From assembly GCA_028534125.1 (NCBI GenBank), contig CM052817.1, positions 7,318,001 to 7,382,000 on the forward strand: a DNA stretch of 64,000 nucleotides, in the 5' to 3' direction. Of this stretch, positions 24,701-37,709 are shown in pieces. A program made the translations under genes and the position numbers. Numbering within the stretch: the first letter of the stretch is position 1; every line of letters starts with the position of its first letter. The notes under the pieces were generated by a model. The model saw only the letters and a list, made by a program, of their open reading frames with translations. It made no database searches and was not told where the DNA came from. This DNA is from Lama glama (Eukaryota).

Positions 24701-25212
24701 GACAGGTATCAATTAGTATTACGTAAATAATATGTGTTGGAATTGCAAATCTTTGCCTGTGGCTAGTTCTAGTTGCCCACAAGAACCACTAGAGGATACT
24801 CCACAGTATATGACACTGAGTTTGGGCTCTGGATCAAATGATGACTCCAAACACGGTTTCACACATGTTACCTGAATATAAGGCAGACCTGAATACTGGG
24901 TATACCTGTGGGCTCTGAGACTGTCCACGACAGACTCAAAGTTTTGAATGAGAGTTCTTGGGCTATGACCTTGTGGACTCTCTAATCCTCAACTGCCCAA
25001 GGGTTCAGTTAGGCGATCGACAAACCAAGCAGGTCAACACATCAGAGGAGGAGTTCGGCACAGTGACCAACACTTAACAAGTGCTGAATAAATGACGTCC
25101 CTTCACGTGGTTCAGAGAAAACTCCGCTCCCGCCTCTGCAAATTTTACTCATCTGAATTTTAATTTTTAAATGAATTGAATTTTAATTTAAGAATGTGAA
25201 GGAAGTCACATT

Positions 25213-25283
25213 GGAAGGATACAGCTCAGTGGTAGAGCACATGCTTAGCATGCATGAGGTCCTGGCTACAATCCCCAGTGTAT

Positions 25284-25327
<44 letters not shown>

Positions 25328-25329
25328 AT
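25213..25329 (+). mobile_element. tRNA-derived camelid SINE (Vic-1 type) with a (TAAA)n tail
   Basis: ggaaggatacagctcagtggtagagcacatgcttagcatgcatgaggtcctggctacaatccccagt has A and B boxes; TSD gaagtcacattgg (25202) / gaaatcacatagg (25330). Confidence 0.9.
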
Positions 25330-25729
25330 GAAATCACATAGGAAAACATATGGCACACTTACTGTTACAGAATCAACACTTTAAACATGAATTCAGAATA
25401 TATTTACATGCATATATATATTTATTACTATATTATATATATATACGTATATATATATAATTTTTACCTGAACTCCAGGTAAATATCATCACCTGGATCT
25501 CTAAATGTATAATTTGAGGAGATAGATATGGTAAGGATGTGGAAATAGTTTTAAAAAATATATTTCTCTCACCATTATACATTCCAAAAATGTAATATTT
25601 TATTCAGGGAAACATGAGTGTAGGTGTTTAAGCTAATAAAGTCCAAGTGTGTTATTGTCTGACAAGGACAAAACTCACCAAACCAAGAACCAGGAAGTTC
25701 CTACATCCCTTAGATAGTTTCTCTCAACT

Positions 25730-26160
25730 CATTTTCCTTTGAATTGCTTTCAACAGATGTTTACCGAGCTTCCCTGATATCCTAGACCCTACACTGGCCG
25801 CTGGGAGTTGAGGCGGGAAGAAAAGCAAAGCCTTTGCCTCCCAGCCCTTGCAGAGTCTCGCCGACAGCTTGTCACAAGCAAATAATCAAAAGGCAACGGG
25901 ATCGTGCCTGAGTTACAGCTCTGTCGGGAAATCCTTGAGAGTCACGAACTGTCACCCTCCGGGGGTGTCAGGGATGGTTCTGATATAAAGCTTGGCCTGG
26001 GTCTTCAATGGTAAGCTGGCATTTCCTAGGTAGAAACAGGACAAAGCTTTCCAGAGAGAAATAACTGATTCAAGAAAGGACTCGGATTCTGTGTGGCCCT
26101 AGAGGTGAGAGATGAGACTAGGAACATATTATCTGAATCAGGTGAGGAGGCAGTTTTGAC
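25730..26160 (-). mobile_element. L2 fragment
   Basis: tcaacagatgtttaccgagc...cctttgcctcccagcccttgcag...gggggtgtcagggatggttc...tgggtcttcaatggtaag. Confidence 0.55.
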
Positions 26161-27059
26161 TCGCCTCTACTTTCATTCATGTGGAAAACATTTACACAAT
26201 GGCAAAAACTTTGCTTCCTGCTTTACAGTTTTTCCCTTAGTAATTAATCTTAATAACCAAATACTTATTTTACTTTTTTTAATCTCATTTATTGTCTTGT
26301 CTCCTCCAAGGATATTAAAGTCCCAAGAGAGGTGGGATTTTTGTTAGTTTTGCCAATCATTACATTTTTAGTGTCTAGAATGGTCTTGCCCCATGGTGGG
26401 TTCTTATTAAATATATATTGTGTCCAAATGAGCTTGCTGAGGTCTTCTGACTCATCCAGCATGCTAGTTGCTGGGGATACACATTTATGACCGTGTGACT
26501 ACCTTCCAGGAGCACAAAGTTTAACCAGTAGACAGTCACATGAGCAGAAAGATACCAATCAAAATGCCGATAAAGGTGCTATAAATGGCGGATTAAATAA
26601 ATGCTATGGGATACAACCTCGCTGAGAATTTTAAAACATCTTTTAAACCTATTAGGGAAAGGGAGCCAACGGACATTTCTAAGCAGGTGAGTAGAGATTT
26701 GAGTTTAAATGACAGGTTACTGAGAGCATGGTTCACAGACAAGTATCTGTCCACCACGAGTTAAAGCACAGGAAATGAGAAGTCTAGACAAACAGCGATA
26801 ACAATTTAGCATTATCAGGACCACCAGCCTGGACCAGTAAGACATGCAATGACCAGCAGACTTGCTTATAGTGAAGCGGGCATGAAGCTCACTTACGCTA
26901 TTAGCCATCTAAGGGTTATGCACCTTAGGACTGGAGATTAAAGAATTTTCTTCCAGTGGCCGTTCACCACAGCTGGTTTGAGGTGCACTGTTTCAAAAAT
27001 GATGAGCCAGGCAGCCTTTTGGCATTGTCTGATTAGAGTCATCTAGTGCTGAATCCCTG

Positions 27060-27220
27060 GACACGTGCCTGAAGCGCTGTGCTATGTGGTTGATTAAAGA
27101 CGGATCCATACACTTCCAATGCCAGATGTGCTGGCGTCAGAGACGACATTCCGCTGCGGAGGCACTTCTAATTTGGGACTTCAGAGTACTTACCCTAGGA
27201 TGCACTGTGAGTCACTGACG
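27060..27220. promoter_or_regulatory. Candidate AP-1/TEAD/RUNX enhancer
   Basis: CACGTG at 27062, TGTGGTT at 27085, CATTCC at 27147 and TGAGTCA at 27208, in unique CpG-retaining sequence. Motif evidence only. Confidence 0.3.
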
Positions 27221-27964
27221 GTGCCTAAGACAGAGCCAGGGGAACCCTGAGCTCATGAGGCTGAGAAGTAACAGTCCAGGAGTGGGCAGCCCCTGCTCCG
27301 CTCATCGCCCATGTGCCCTGTCCCAATATGCAGAAGCTAAGGTCACGGGACCCAGCAGCCCCCTGGGTCCAGATGGAGCTACCTCTGTACAAGGCACTTG
27401 CTGAAACTCTAGGAAGTGCTGCTTTGCACGTGCTAAAATGAACATATACTCAAAGATCCACCAGGTTAAAAAGATATTTTGAATTTATCTATCATGCTGA
27501 TAAAAAGTTACCAAATGTCAACCCTTTAACAGAAATAATCTCTATATATTCACACATGCATACACACACGTTAGTATTATTATATTTGCAGAAGAAGAAA
27601 ACATTGAACTTCAGAGACATGAGTAGATTTCCCAAAGTCAAACACGTGGAACATAATGTATGTGCACATTGAACCAGATCTCCCAGAACCTCCTTCCTAG
27701 CCTGTTACTGCTTACACTGGAAAAAATGAGGACTGGGGCCTTTCCCTTTAGTGTTAACAAAAATAATCCTTGTTTTCTTCTTATCAAATGAATCAAATGT
27801 CTTAATGTCAAGTACAAGGTAGCCAAGATAGCAACGAGAGAGACTGATGGAATAATAATGCATACACTTACTTAGATAAACTGAACAGGAAATCAATTTG
27901 TTTCTGGTCTAAGACCCTCAATGTCAGTGATGCTTTGGGAATTAAGTTCTTTTTTTTTTTTTTT

Positions 27965-28830
27965 TGAGTTTTTCTCTTGGCTTTCAAAATATCACAAGTT
28001 TCTGGTTTTATCTATTTTAGTGATGGATTCTTCTCAGTCTCCTTTGCATCTTAGTCTTATTCAGCTGAACGTCTATATGTCAGTGCACTCCAGAACTTCA
28101 TTTGGGGTTAAGATTGCTAGATTTAGAACATAATTGGAATTACTAAATTTTGTATATTATGGAAATTTGAGTTACAGATTAAAAAGAAAACAAAATAAAA
28201 CATTTTTTTTTTAGAATGAGTATGTCTCATGAACTATTTAGGACATACTTATACTAAAAGAAAACTTACCCTGAGTTCTCTTCCCTCTCCACATGCTCTC
28301 TTTAGTCAATCTCATTGAGTCTTGTGGCTTGATTCCTTCTCTGAGCAGATAATTCTCAATTTCCCCATCACACCTCTTTTTCTCTATATTCAACTGTCTT
28401 CTTGACATCTTGACTTGGATATTTGACATTTAAAATGTCCAAAGTCTAACTCTTACAGTCAAAACCTTCCCATGTAGTATGAAGCCATTTTTTAAAAAAC
28501 AATATTGCCCAACCAATAAATGGTTCCACCATTCACTTAGATTTTTAAGGTAAAAACCAATCAATCATCCCTGATGGTCTTCTTCCCATCATCCTCCAAT
28601 ATCTAACTCATAAAGTCTTGTAGTTTAGCATCAAATTATGTCCAATTATTAGCATTTCTCTCAGTCTTCACTTCTTTGACCCTGAGCTCCAACCATCATT
28701 CTCTCTTGCCCATGTGACTGCAATGACTTGCTCACTAGCTTTCTTCATTCCAAACTCGCCCTACAATAACCCATTCCCCACAAGTTAGTGACAGCGATTG
28801 TCTAAAAATTTTTGACCAGCAACGTTCTCA
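27965..28830 (+). mobile_element. L2 fragment interrupted by MER53
   Basis: cttctcagtctcctttgc...ctctccacatgctctctttagtcaatctcattgagtcttgtggctt...tattcaactgtcttcttgacatct...aatggttccaccattcac...ccatcattctctcttg. Confidence 0.75.
28108..28264. mobile_element. MER53 palindromic hAT MITE, right end truncated
   Basis: Left TIR-like taagattgctagatttag; central palindrome ttttagaatgagtatgtc...ggacatacttatactaaaa. Confidence 0.75.
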
Positions 28831-29499
28831 CATCAAAAGTGTGCAGCAAAAACAAAACACAATTCTGTACCACTGCCCAGCCAATCAAGCACCCAAAGTA
28901 CTCACTATCCTATTTCTCTGTCACCATAGACGAGCTTTACTTTGTGCTGTTTATAGACGGAATTGCACAGCAGAGATTCTTATGTGTCTGTTTTCTTTCC
29001 TCCCAGGTTGTATTTATGAGCGCTGTCCATGGTTTTCACATGGTTGTAGTTAGTTCATTTTCACAGCTGTAGAAGAGTCCATTCAATTAATATCCTGCAA
29101 TATTTTAATTTTCCTCATGGATTGTTATATAAACTGAAACAATGACTATGAGGTGGTTGGTACCTACTAGTCAGTCAATCAGAGGTGACAATTATTATCA
29201 TTGTTTTTGTGATTATTCAAAAAAATAAAATGTGGTCAACAGACATAATCTTGACAACTCAGCCAACACAACGTTTAAACTGAGACTCATTCCATTCTGA
29301 CTGTCATTGGAAGAAAGTGAGTCAAGAGACTCACTTAAATTTCAAGATGTTTTTGACAGAACCGCTCCTGGCCTTATGAGAAAATATGCATTGGGGAATG
29401 ATATCAAGTGTTTTTGTGGCCCTTTGAGACTCACTGTCTGATCCTGAATATTGGATCCATTTTTCTTATTTTTCTGTCTTCCTCCAAATCTGGTGAATC

Positions 29500-30112
29500 A
29501 TGACTCCTTCTCCAAGATTAAATTATGCGATGCTTTCCTCCTTGAAGCCCCTTGGCACTTCTTCGGTGCCTACAGATTACAATCCAAACAGCAGGCAAGG
29601 CCCACCAGACCCTCCTCTCTAGCTTGACTCCCACCTGCTATTTCCAGTCTCACTTTCCAAGGCACCATGCTCTTCTGGATCCCACACCCCAGCCACACCA
29701 AACTGTGCCTGTGTCCTGAGAACTCCACAGTAGTTCATGCTTTCTGACCACACATTTAGATCCTTCTGATTGTCTATCTTCCTCATCATTCACCCTAACA
29801 CCACTCTCACTTTCTATGTTCCTCTTTCAAAACTCAGCTCAGGAATCTCCTGTTTACCTCTGACCTAAGACTGTCAGCTAGAACTGACTCCTCTTACCTT
29901 TGTTTCCTTGTTTATTCTGCATACTACCATCATAGCATCTGCAGGAACCTCTCTGCTCTCGCTGGCTGAAATGTATTTCTCCCCAAGTAACTTATGAGCT
30001 CCCTGAGGTGGCAATTAAGTCTTATTCATCTCTCTATAAAAGCAGCTAGCAAAAAGATCTGGTTGTTTACCAGTAAATGGCAAATGAGCGAATCAATGGA
30101 TGAATGAATGAA
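29500..30112 (+). mobile_element. L2 3' end
   Basis: cctacagattacaatccaaac...ccagccacaccaaact...ctttcaaaactcagctcagg...tgagctccctgagg...tcttattcatctct, ending in a (TGAA)n tail. Confidence 0.8.
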
Positions 30113-33100
30113 GGTTACTAAGAGGGAGGCCATAGAGATTATCGAGTAGACTTTTTTGGAATCTTATCTGTTTCATTCAACTTTTTTTGCTGATGCTTCT
30201 GAAAAGGCCAAAGAAAGCATGATTTCAAATTGCGGCTTGACGAAAGATTTTAAATGATAAGGAAGTAACAGAAACGAGATTCAAGAGCCACTTGGCAGTC
30301 CTGCTCCTTAGATAGAAAGAAACATGAGAATCAAGATAAAATCCTACATTAGGTTCAGAGAGTTTCATGCATATCTATGTCATCTGGAATACTTAAGAGC
30401 GGCACATATGTGGGATCCCAAAGACATCACTGGAGCACCAGATTGACAGTTGATGTGAATTTCTTCCAATCCATGAATAGGCTATAGTAAGTCATAGTCT
30501 AATGGTCCAAAGAAGAGAGGTAATACTTATGTTGTATCCAGTACTGATGGGCATTATTGACATCGCTTATGTATTAAAAGCCATAATGTATTTTTGATTA
30601 AAAAACAGTTATTCTCACTATATGCCATGGCAGGGGTATATTTTATTCAGCTTTGCATTTTCACAATGTAGCTTAGAGTCATTTAGGAACATCAGGGATG
30701 GGAAGATCTTTTCTTAAGCTATATCCATAAAAATATGTATACATTCTATATTTAGTGAAGACTTTTGTTTTTCAGTGTGATGCCATGTATCCACACCATA
30801 AGTATAACAAGCGCTCACTCACCCCTTCTGTCTTCTCACACATCCTCAAACCAGCAACGTGACTATATCTATGAGCAGGAAGGGAAGACTAGATACCTCT
30901 AAGTAAGTGTCTTTGTGAAAATTGAGAAAAATTCAAACAAGAACCCTTCTGTTTCTCAGTGATTGTTAGCAAGATAAAGCATGTTGTAAGTATTTATAGA
31001 AAAGTCTTGTAGAAGCCCTTTCCTGGTATGGAAGTTTTCTTCTCATTAACTGAGTTCATGAATGTTCTCAATGATTTATTAATTTCAACACATGCACATC
31101 AATATTTCTCTATGTGAGAAAGTTACCAGTGTTGAAACCCAGTAATTATCATGGTTGAAACACACAAGCAGCTCAACCATTGGTCACATAATTGCACAGG
31201 TTTGGTATATTCATGCTTGTATTGATACAACAATAGAAATAATTTGATGAAGACTCAAGGATAGAAGCCGGGAAGAAGAAAAGTCTCTCCTTTACCAAAC
31301 AGAGCTACTACTGAGGTTATAGTTATTCAAGATAACCAGGAGTATCACATAATAGGTCTTTGTCTCTATCAAAAATGGAAAAAAAATCACTGCATATGCA
31401 CACAAATATGTCACATGGCATGTTAACTGGAACTTGGAAGTCACCAAAAAATAATCCACAATTAACTTTAAATTATTTTTTATAAACAAAGATTCATCCT
31501 TCTCTTAATGCCTAACTTCAATAGACCAGAAGTCTTTTCTGACGTACAAATTATTTATGCCAGAATTCATATCAAATAAAGCTATTAGTTCTTTCCTTTT
31601 TCAAATTTTTAATTCTTTAAAAATCGAGGTGGGCATGTTGACTCTTATCAAACCTTGTGCTTATTTGGTCTTGTGTTGAGGTGACCTAGAATCTCTGGTT
31701 GCTTGCAAAGGTTTTAAAATGCTTGTGTGTTCCTCGGCAGCAGGACCTACACCGGGGGTCAGTTTGAGAAAACACATGTTAAACAGCTCTGTGAGAAGTC
31801 ATTCTTGAAGCTCAGCAGGTGGTTTGCTAACGAGAACAAGACAAGCTCAAGACCTGACCCCTCTACTCTGCTCCTGCCCTCCGTTCTCTGTTCACGGCCC
31901 CCTGGGGCTGGAGGGTGGCGTGAGCTAAGAAAGGACCTACTATTAAAGAAGCCCCAAACTGTTGCTAGGTTCTCCTTAGTAACATCAGAAATTGTCCTCC
32001 CTTGGGGGCCTTTCTATGTAAGTCATGTTGAATACATTTTGAACATCTGCCTTCCTCATAGGACAGGAAAGCAACTCAAAGTACAAGTGCCCAGAGGACC
32101 CTGGGCAGCTCACACTCCCTCTGGTTTGGCATGTACATCACAGGGTGTAGGCTCTAGGGAACAGTCAAGGCAATGGGCGTGCGCAGGTGATGACAACACT
32201 TGTAGCCAGATGGTGAAGTTTGGGAGAACTTCCCACTGGAACTCCGCTGAGCCCATCCTTAGAAATTCTGATCAGAGTTCAATCCTCTGAGAAATCAGAG
32301 GTCTAGGTTTAAAACAGGAAGTATATTTCCAGATACCTCGTAGTCGATGTCTGGGAAAACCGACTGTGATTTCTGTTCTGATCAGTATTTATTATAAAAC
32401 AGGAAGGATGCTACAAGCTTTTAGGATAATTTTTATTTTGTACAGCAACAGGGAACAAGGATTCGGCAGGGGCTCCCAGGGTTGTAGGACAGTGAGGCTA
32501 ATTGCAATTTTCCAGTAGAGAAAACCAGAGTCTCTGGGTCCGAATCTGACTTAAGGAGGAGAAGAAAGAGCAAAAATGAGGCCGAGCAGTGTGTATAGTA
32601 GCACCTTGGAAAGAGGAGGGAATGATGATACATGTAGACATCTCATCAGCCAAGAGTGCAGCCATTTAATGATGTCCAGACATCAGGGCTATGCAGGCAT
32701 GACACCCCTGACACACACTCTGCAATCTCCTGACTGCATTCTGGACAAGATAAGACCGGGCAAATGTCAAACAAGAACTAAATAGATCATAAAAGCAAAA
32801 TATACAGCTGTGTTCCACACTGAATGGATTTGTCAGTATCTCATTATAACAAACAAAATTGGAATATGTGTCCTTAAACTTATTTCCTGCTTTTGGGGTC
32901 CCCATGAGTCTGAGAACATTAGAGGTACTTCTGACTTAATAAGTGGCTAGAAAAAGTGAGTGCATATGTATGGGTAAAAAACAAAGTGCCTCTCAACCAT
33001 GTCTATGCTGGGAAAATCCTAATTACAGAGTGCTTTGCAAACTTTTGTTAGTGGCAAAGTTTAAATATATCTCATGACTCTGACAGGTGAAAAATTGATC

Positions 33101-34559
33101 ATGTTTGCTTTATACTTCCCTAACAATCACCGAGGGGAAAATCAAAGTCTTCTTTTTTGCTTGGCTCTAATGAGCTGGGCACGATTTACATCACAGCTAG
33201 AAATTTCAGGACTTCATTATGTGCAGGAACCATCTTTATCTTCTTTGACTCCCTGACAAGGTGCTGTCATCCCTTGCTTTCTCTGCCTGTCTGGGATCCC
33301 TTTAAATGTCTATCTAGAAGCAGGTTTAGTCTCTCTATTTTATGAGCTAGTCTTCCCCAGAGGAGGAAGCATATTGTTATCTTCAAGCCTCATTTGGATG
33401 GACCTGAAATAAATTTTGCTGCCCTGTTCATAATACCTCATGTATCTAAAAGCCACTTCAACGTCTTGACCCCCATCCCTAGTATATACGCCGTGTAAAA
33501 GAAAAACTATAGGTCTTTCTTACCTTTGACAGGGCAAGTTTTGAATAAATTACACACACAATTTCTTCTAGTTTTGTGTTCCACATATCTCTTAATTCTT
33601 TTGGTCTATATAGACTTGTTGCTTTTTAAAATTTATTTTGCAGATTACTTTCCCTTTGGGATTTGAAGGCTAATCTTGACTCCCTATAGACCAAAATTCA
33701 GGCTTCTCATTTGATAACTCAATATTAAGCAATATTAGGATCACTTGGGACCTTTCATATTCACACAGTCTCAAGATCTTCTCTGTTGGGAAAATTCTTG
33801 TAGAGGAACACTTCTATTTGGACCTAAATAGTGAATGAGATCTGGACTGAGACTTGCAGCTAAAAGGTGCTGGATACCTACATTCCCACTGAACATAGCT
33901 CATCCGTGTCTAAACGGGGCTAGATCAAGTGCCTATCATGGTCATCTTCAGTTTCCAGGTCTAGCCCTTTACCTGTTGGAATTAGAGACTGACTACAAAA
34001 GAATCACATTCTTACTGTTTAGGATACTGACATCTTATACGTGTCTTATCTCTTCTGCCAGGAGGTTAAATCCTGCTACCCATGAAATCAGCCATTGAAT
34101 TCTGCAGTATAACAAAACCCCAAGATGTTTCCTTAGCTTTAATATAAACCACTTTATGTAAATATGTAATTCAAGTCCATCTAAAAATGGCATCACTTTT
34201 GTGTTGTCTTTTTTGAGTGACAAATCGGCTGCAATTTAGCACAAGCCTGAAATTACTTGGGAGTCCTTGAGAGTAAAATCAAGTCTCACATCTCACACCT
34301 GCTCTGAATTCTTGCTCCTGATTTCACATCAAAGATGTCAACGTGCCCATGTGGACCTGGCATAGAATAACTGAGGGACTCATGAGTTCGTCCTGAAGAA
34401 AGAAAATTTTCCAAGACCTCTCATTCGATCCACCTTGTCCTCTTTCTCTTTTTCACTAACCTGTAGCAGGATCACTAAATCATCGAGAATTGCATCACTA
34501 TCTCTTATACTACAGGACATTTCATTTAGGCAGGGAAGACTTTCCAAAGCGTTAAGTAA

Positions 34560-34680
34560 GAACCGTGTGTTCCCATGAGCAGCCAGGAGAAGGGAACGTC
34601 GCAGCAGGAGAGGGTGTTCTGCCAGGAAGACGTGCAAGTTCGGTTACGTGGGCGGAAGCCCTCCTCTTCTGTTTTCAAGC
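34560..34680. promoter_or_regulatory. Small CpG-rich, promoter-like motif cluster
   Basis: 7 CpGs in about 110 bp; TACGTG at 34645 overlaps GGGCGGAAG at 34650 (GC box plus ETS core); a second ACGTG at about 34630. Confidence 0.3.
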
Positions 34681-35249
34681 ACTGTGACATCCTGCCAGGC
34701 ACTCATCTATGTCTGAAACTAGCTTATTCAACACTAAAACAGGGAAGTTTATAAGAGAGATGATGGATTGATGTGCCCTTGTAAGAACACTAGATAAATA
34801 GGAAATTATTACTGTCACACAGGCGTTGTACCAGGTGCTGTGATAGATGCAAAGCTTAAGATATGTTCTTTAACAGAGTATCTCAGAGCAAAAGGTGTAA
34901 GTTAAGGGTACACAGGGAGCTGGGTTAAAAGCCAGCTTTATCCCTTGGGCTTCATGCCAACTAACCCCAAGTTTTCTGTGAAAATGAAATAATATATGTA
35001 ACAAAATTACTGTAGGAACATAGAACACCCTAGCGCAGCTCAATAGGTTATAAATAAATTAAAGAGCTACAAAATGTGTAAGTTTTACTGTCAAGTGTTT
35101 TAAAAACTCAAATGATAAATAAGTATATTTAACCCCTCAAAAGAATCTATGACATGGTCTTTGTCTATTTATTTGCAATTCTTAAGTGATACTTTAAAAT
35201 AAGAAAAGTTAATAAATTTTTTATAACATAATTTGTCTATAATAGGGAA

Positions 35250-35470
35250 TACATCTTTAGTGCTTACAGTGTTTACCCAATTCTAAAGGTCTTTCACATA
35301 TTAACTTATTTAATCTTCACCATAGTTCTTTATGACAGGGAGAGTTATTGTCCCCATTTACAGGGGTAGAAACTTAGACAATTGTGAGAAGTAAATTGCC
35401 TAAGACTGTAAAGTAACTAGTTGGTAGAGGTGATATTCAGTCCTGGCAAGATTAGCCCCTAGAGCTCAAG
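35250..35470 (-). mobile_element. MIR SINE
   Basis: tttcacatattaacttatttaatcttcac...ttattgtccccatttacaggggtagaaacttagac...aaattgcctaagact. Confidence 0.75.
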
Positions 35471-35474
35471 GTAT

Positions 35475-35910
35475 CCAGATGTTTCTGCCAGACCTGAAAG
35501 TAAGACATTAACAGTTCCTTTTTCCCTAGACTGTCTTTTTAAGGATGTTTAGTACAGTGAACATCTTGGAAGATAGAAAGAGTGTTCTCTCCAGAACAAA
35601 GGATTTGTTGGCATGCAGTTTTGAAAAATAGTCATAGTGTCTCCATCCGTAACAATGGACAGGCATGCTTTCTGTAAGCTCAGAATTTCTCCCTTGTAAT
35701 GTAACTTAACGTATGTGCAGGTGTTATCTGGCCTCTTCACATCACCTTATAGGAACTGGGTCTCAGGGAAGAGGTACAAAATTGCTAATACTCTGACTAC
35801 TGCTGTTGCCATCCGTAATAAATCTTCCTTCACCTCTGAAACAGGGATCTCACGTCTTCTACTGGCATCCATGAAATGGTGGCTGGGGATTCAGATGTTT
35901 CACTGTTCAT
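35475..35910 (+). mobile_element. LTR40-type ERVL solo LTR
   Basis: ctttttaaggatgtttagtacagtgaacatcttggaagataga...atactctgactactgctgttgc...taataaa...ctctgaaacagggatctcacgtcttctactggcatccatgaaa. Confidence 0.7.
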
Positions 35911-37709
35911 AATATTATCTTGGTAATAATAACAATTATAATGTTATTGCTATTAAATATATTTATCTTATGGATCTTTATTTTGCAATATATATTGATA
36001 CATAGATTTCAAAAGGAGGTTTAAATGTTAGGAGTTTGTTTGAACCATCTACTAATTGCTGAGTATGCTGTCTTCAAAGTATCAATATAGGTTAGCTTAG
36101 CAAAGGACATTTAAAGTTACTTGGTAATTATTTTGTCACAGGTACAGTAGTCCTGGTCCCTTGTCTATTTCAGATTGGGAGAGATGTCAGAAAGTTCCAT
36201 ACAAAAGATGTGAAGGAAGCATGCTTTTACAATGTGTCAAAAAATAACACACAAAAAAACACTTTATTGTAAGTCCTTTCTGCCCTTCTCCAGGCACTAT
36301 TAAAAGGATGTTCCATGCCCTCCAACCAGTGGAGCAATGGCTGGGTGCAGCCAAGGTTTAACTCGATTTGACAAGGCTATTGACTTTGCTAGTCTGTTAG
36401 AAGATAAACAGCCAAAAGTAACATGAAGAAATGACTCTGGCTGTTTGATTTCTTTTTTTAATGAATTTTTAAAATACGATATACAAACATACTTCCTTCA
36501 AATGCAAATATATTCCCTGCATATGCTCAATAAAAAAGCACTTTGTAACAAATCAAGTTATTAAGTTTTGGCAAGTATTGTTAAAGTTTGAATGATTCCC
36601 TAGAAACCTCAACCAGATTAAATAAACGCAATCTCCATGTAAGTAGTACACTCCCTAGAAGCAAGACAAAATTAAACTCATTATGTAGAAACCTGTTACA
36701 ACACTCTGGTAATAAGGAAAGTGATACCTCCCATTTGTAGAGCTTCTTATAATTTTCAAAATGGATCTGCACGTGTTCATCATTTGCATCTTATGATAGT
36801 AATTATACAAGCTCATATGGTGGTGAGGAGACCGAAGAGTCACACAGCTAATAAACATTGACATTAGGACAGGCAAGCAGGAATTCTGCCTTAACCTCTT
36901 CTCAATAGCTTACGCCACATTTTATATATTGATCTATACTTTAAAGTCATCATTGTGATTATGCCATTCTTATGCTCTAAGTATTTCGAGTATATAGAGA
37001 CAGCAGGTGTTGACCTATGGATTCAGGAAGACGAAGTGGGAGGAAGGGGGGGTGGAGAAAACTGACAACAGCACAAAGCCACGTTATCCCTCCTTATACC
37101 CCAGTGAGGCACTGTATTTAAAAACAGCTGTCGGCCTCCATTACCTTCATATGTTTTCAGTGCAACCCCCGAAGTTTGTTGGAATTGAGTTTCATTACCA
37201 TTGTCTTTAGCATCTATCATATGAATAATCTCCTAACTGGTTATATTGCATCTAGCTTCACCTTTTCCATTCAGACATTTCTCCTCCTGCCAGAATTGCT
37301 TGCTTGCTTGCTTGCTTTTTTAATTTGTGATCATGTCACTCTTCTCTCAGCCCTAGATTTGCTGCTGAGAAACAAAACAGAATAAAACCCTAGTTCCGAT
37401 CTGGAGGGAGCTTGGTGTGATTGGCTGACACTTAACAAAGGTTTACATTGCAGTTGTTGTAAATGCTATAATCACAATCTTAACAAAGTGCTATGGGAAG
37501 ACTGGGAAGGAAACTATTGATTTTGTCTAGAGGAAACAAGGAGGGCATCGCGGCATAAAGAACATCGGCACGAGTTACTAAAGAGTAAGAATTTGTGAGA
37601 TAAAAAAGGGTAAAAACATGTCAGGGAAAGGGTTTTGTATGCCTGGGCCCAACAACCTAAAGTAACATGCAAGCAAGTGGACTCGTGTGTGAGATAAAGT
37701 ACGACAGCA

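Noticed and set aside
25213..25280. tRNA gene (also at 47220-47290)
   Set aside because: These are SINE heads with TSDs and A-rich tails; no proper acceptor stem is apparent.
27416..27460. Faint resemblance to the U6 snRNA 5' end
   Set aside because: It needs several gaps over about 45 nt and has no TSD or tail; likely chance.
31727..32290. 187-aa ORF, the longest in the track
   Set aside because: Non-ATG start, both ends overlap MER5-like relics, and there is no recognisable domain or supported exon structure.
36406..36446. 9-bp inverted repeat aaacagcca/tggctgttt
   Set aside because: A short stem with a 23-nt spacer is expected by chance in 64 kb.
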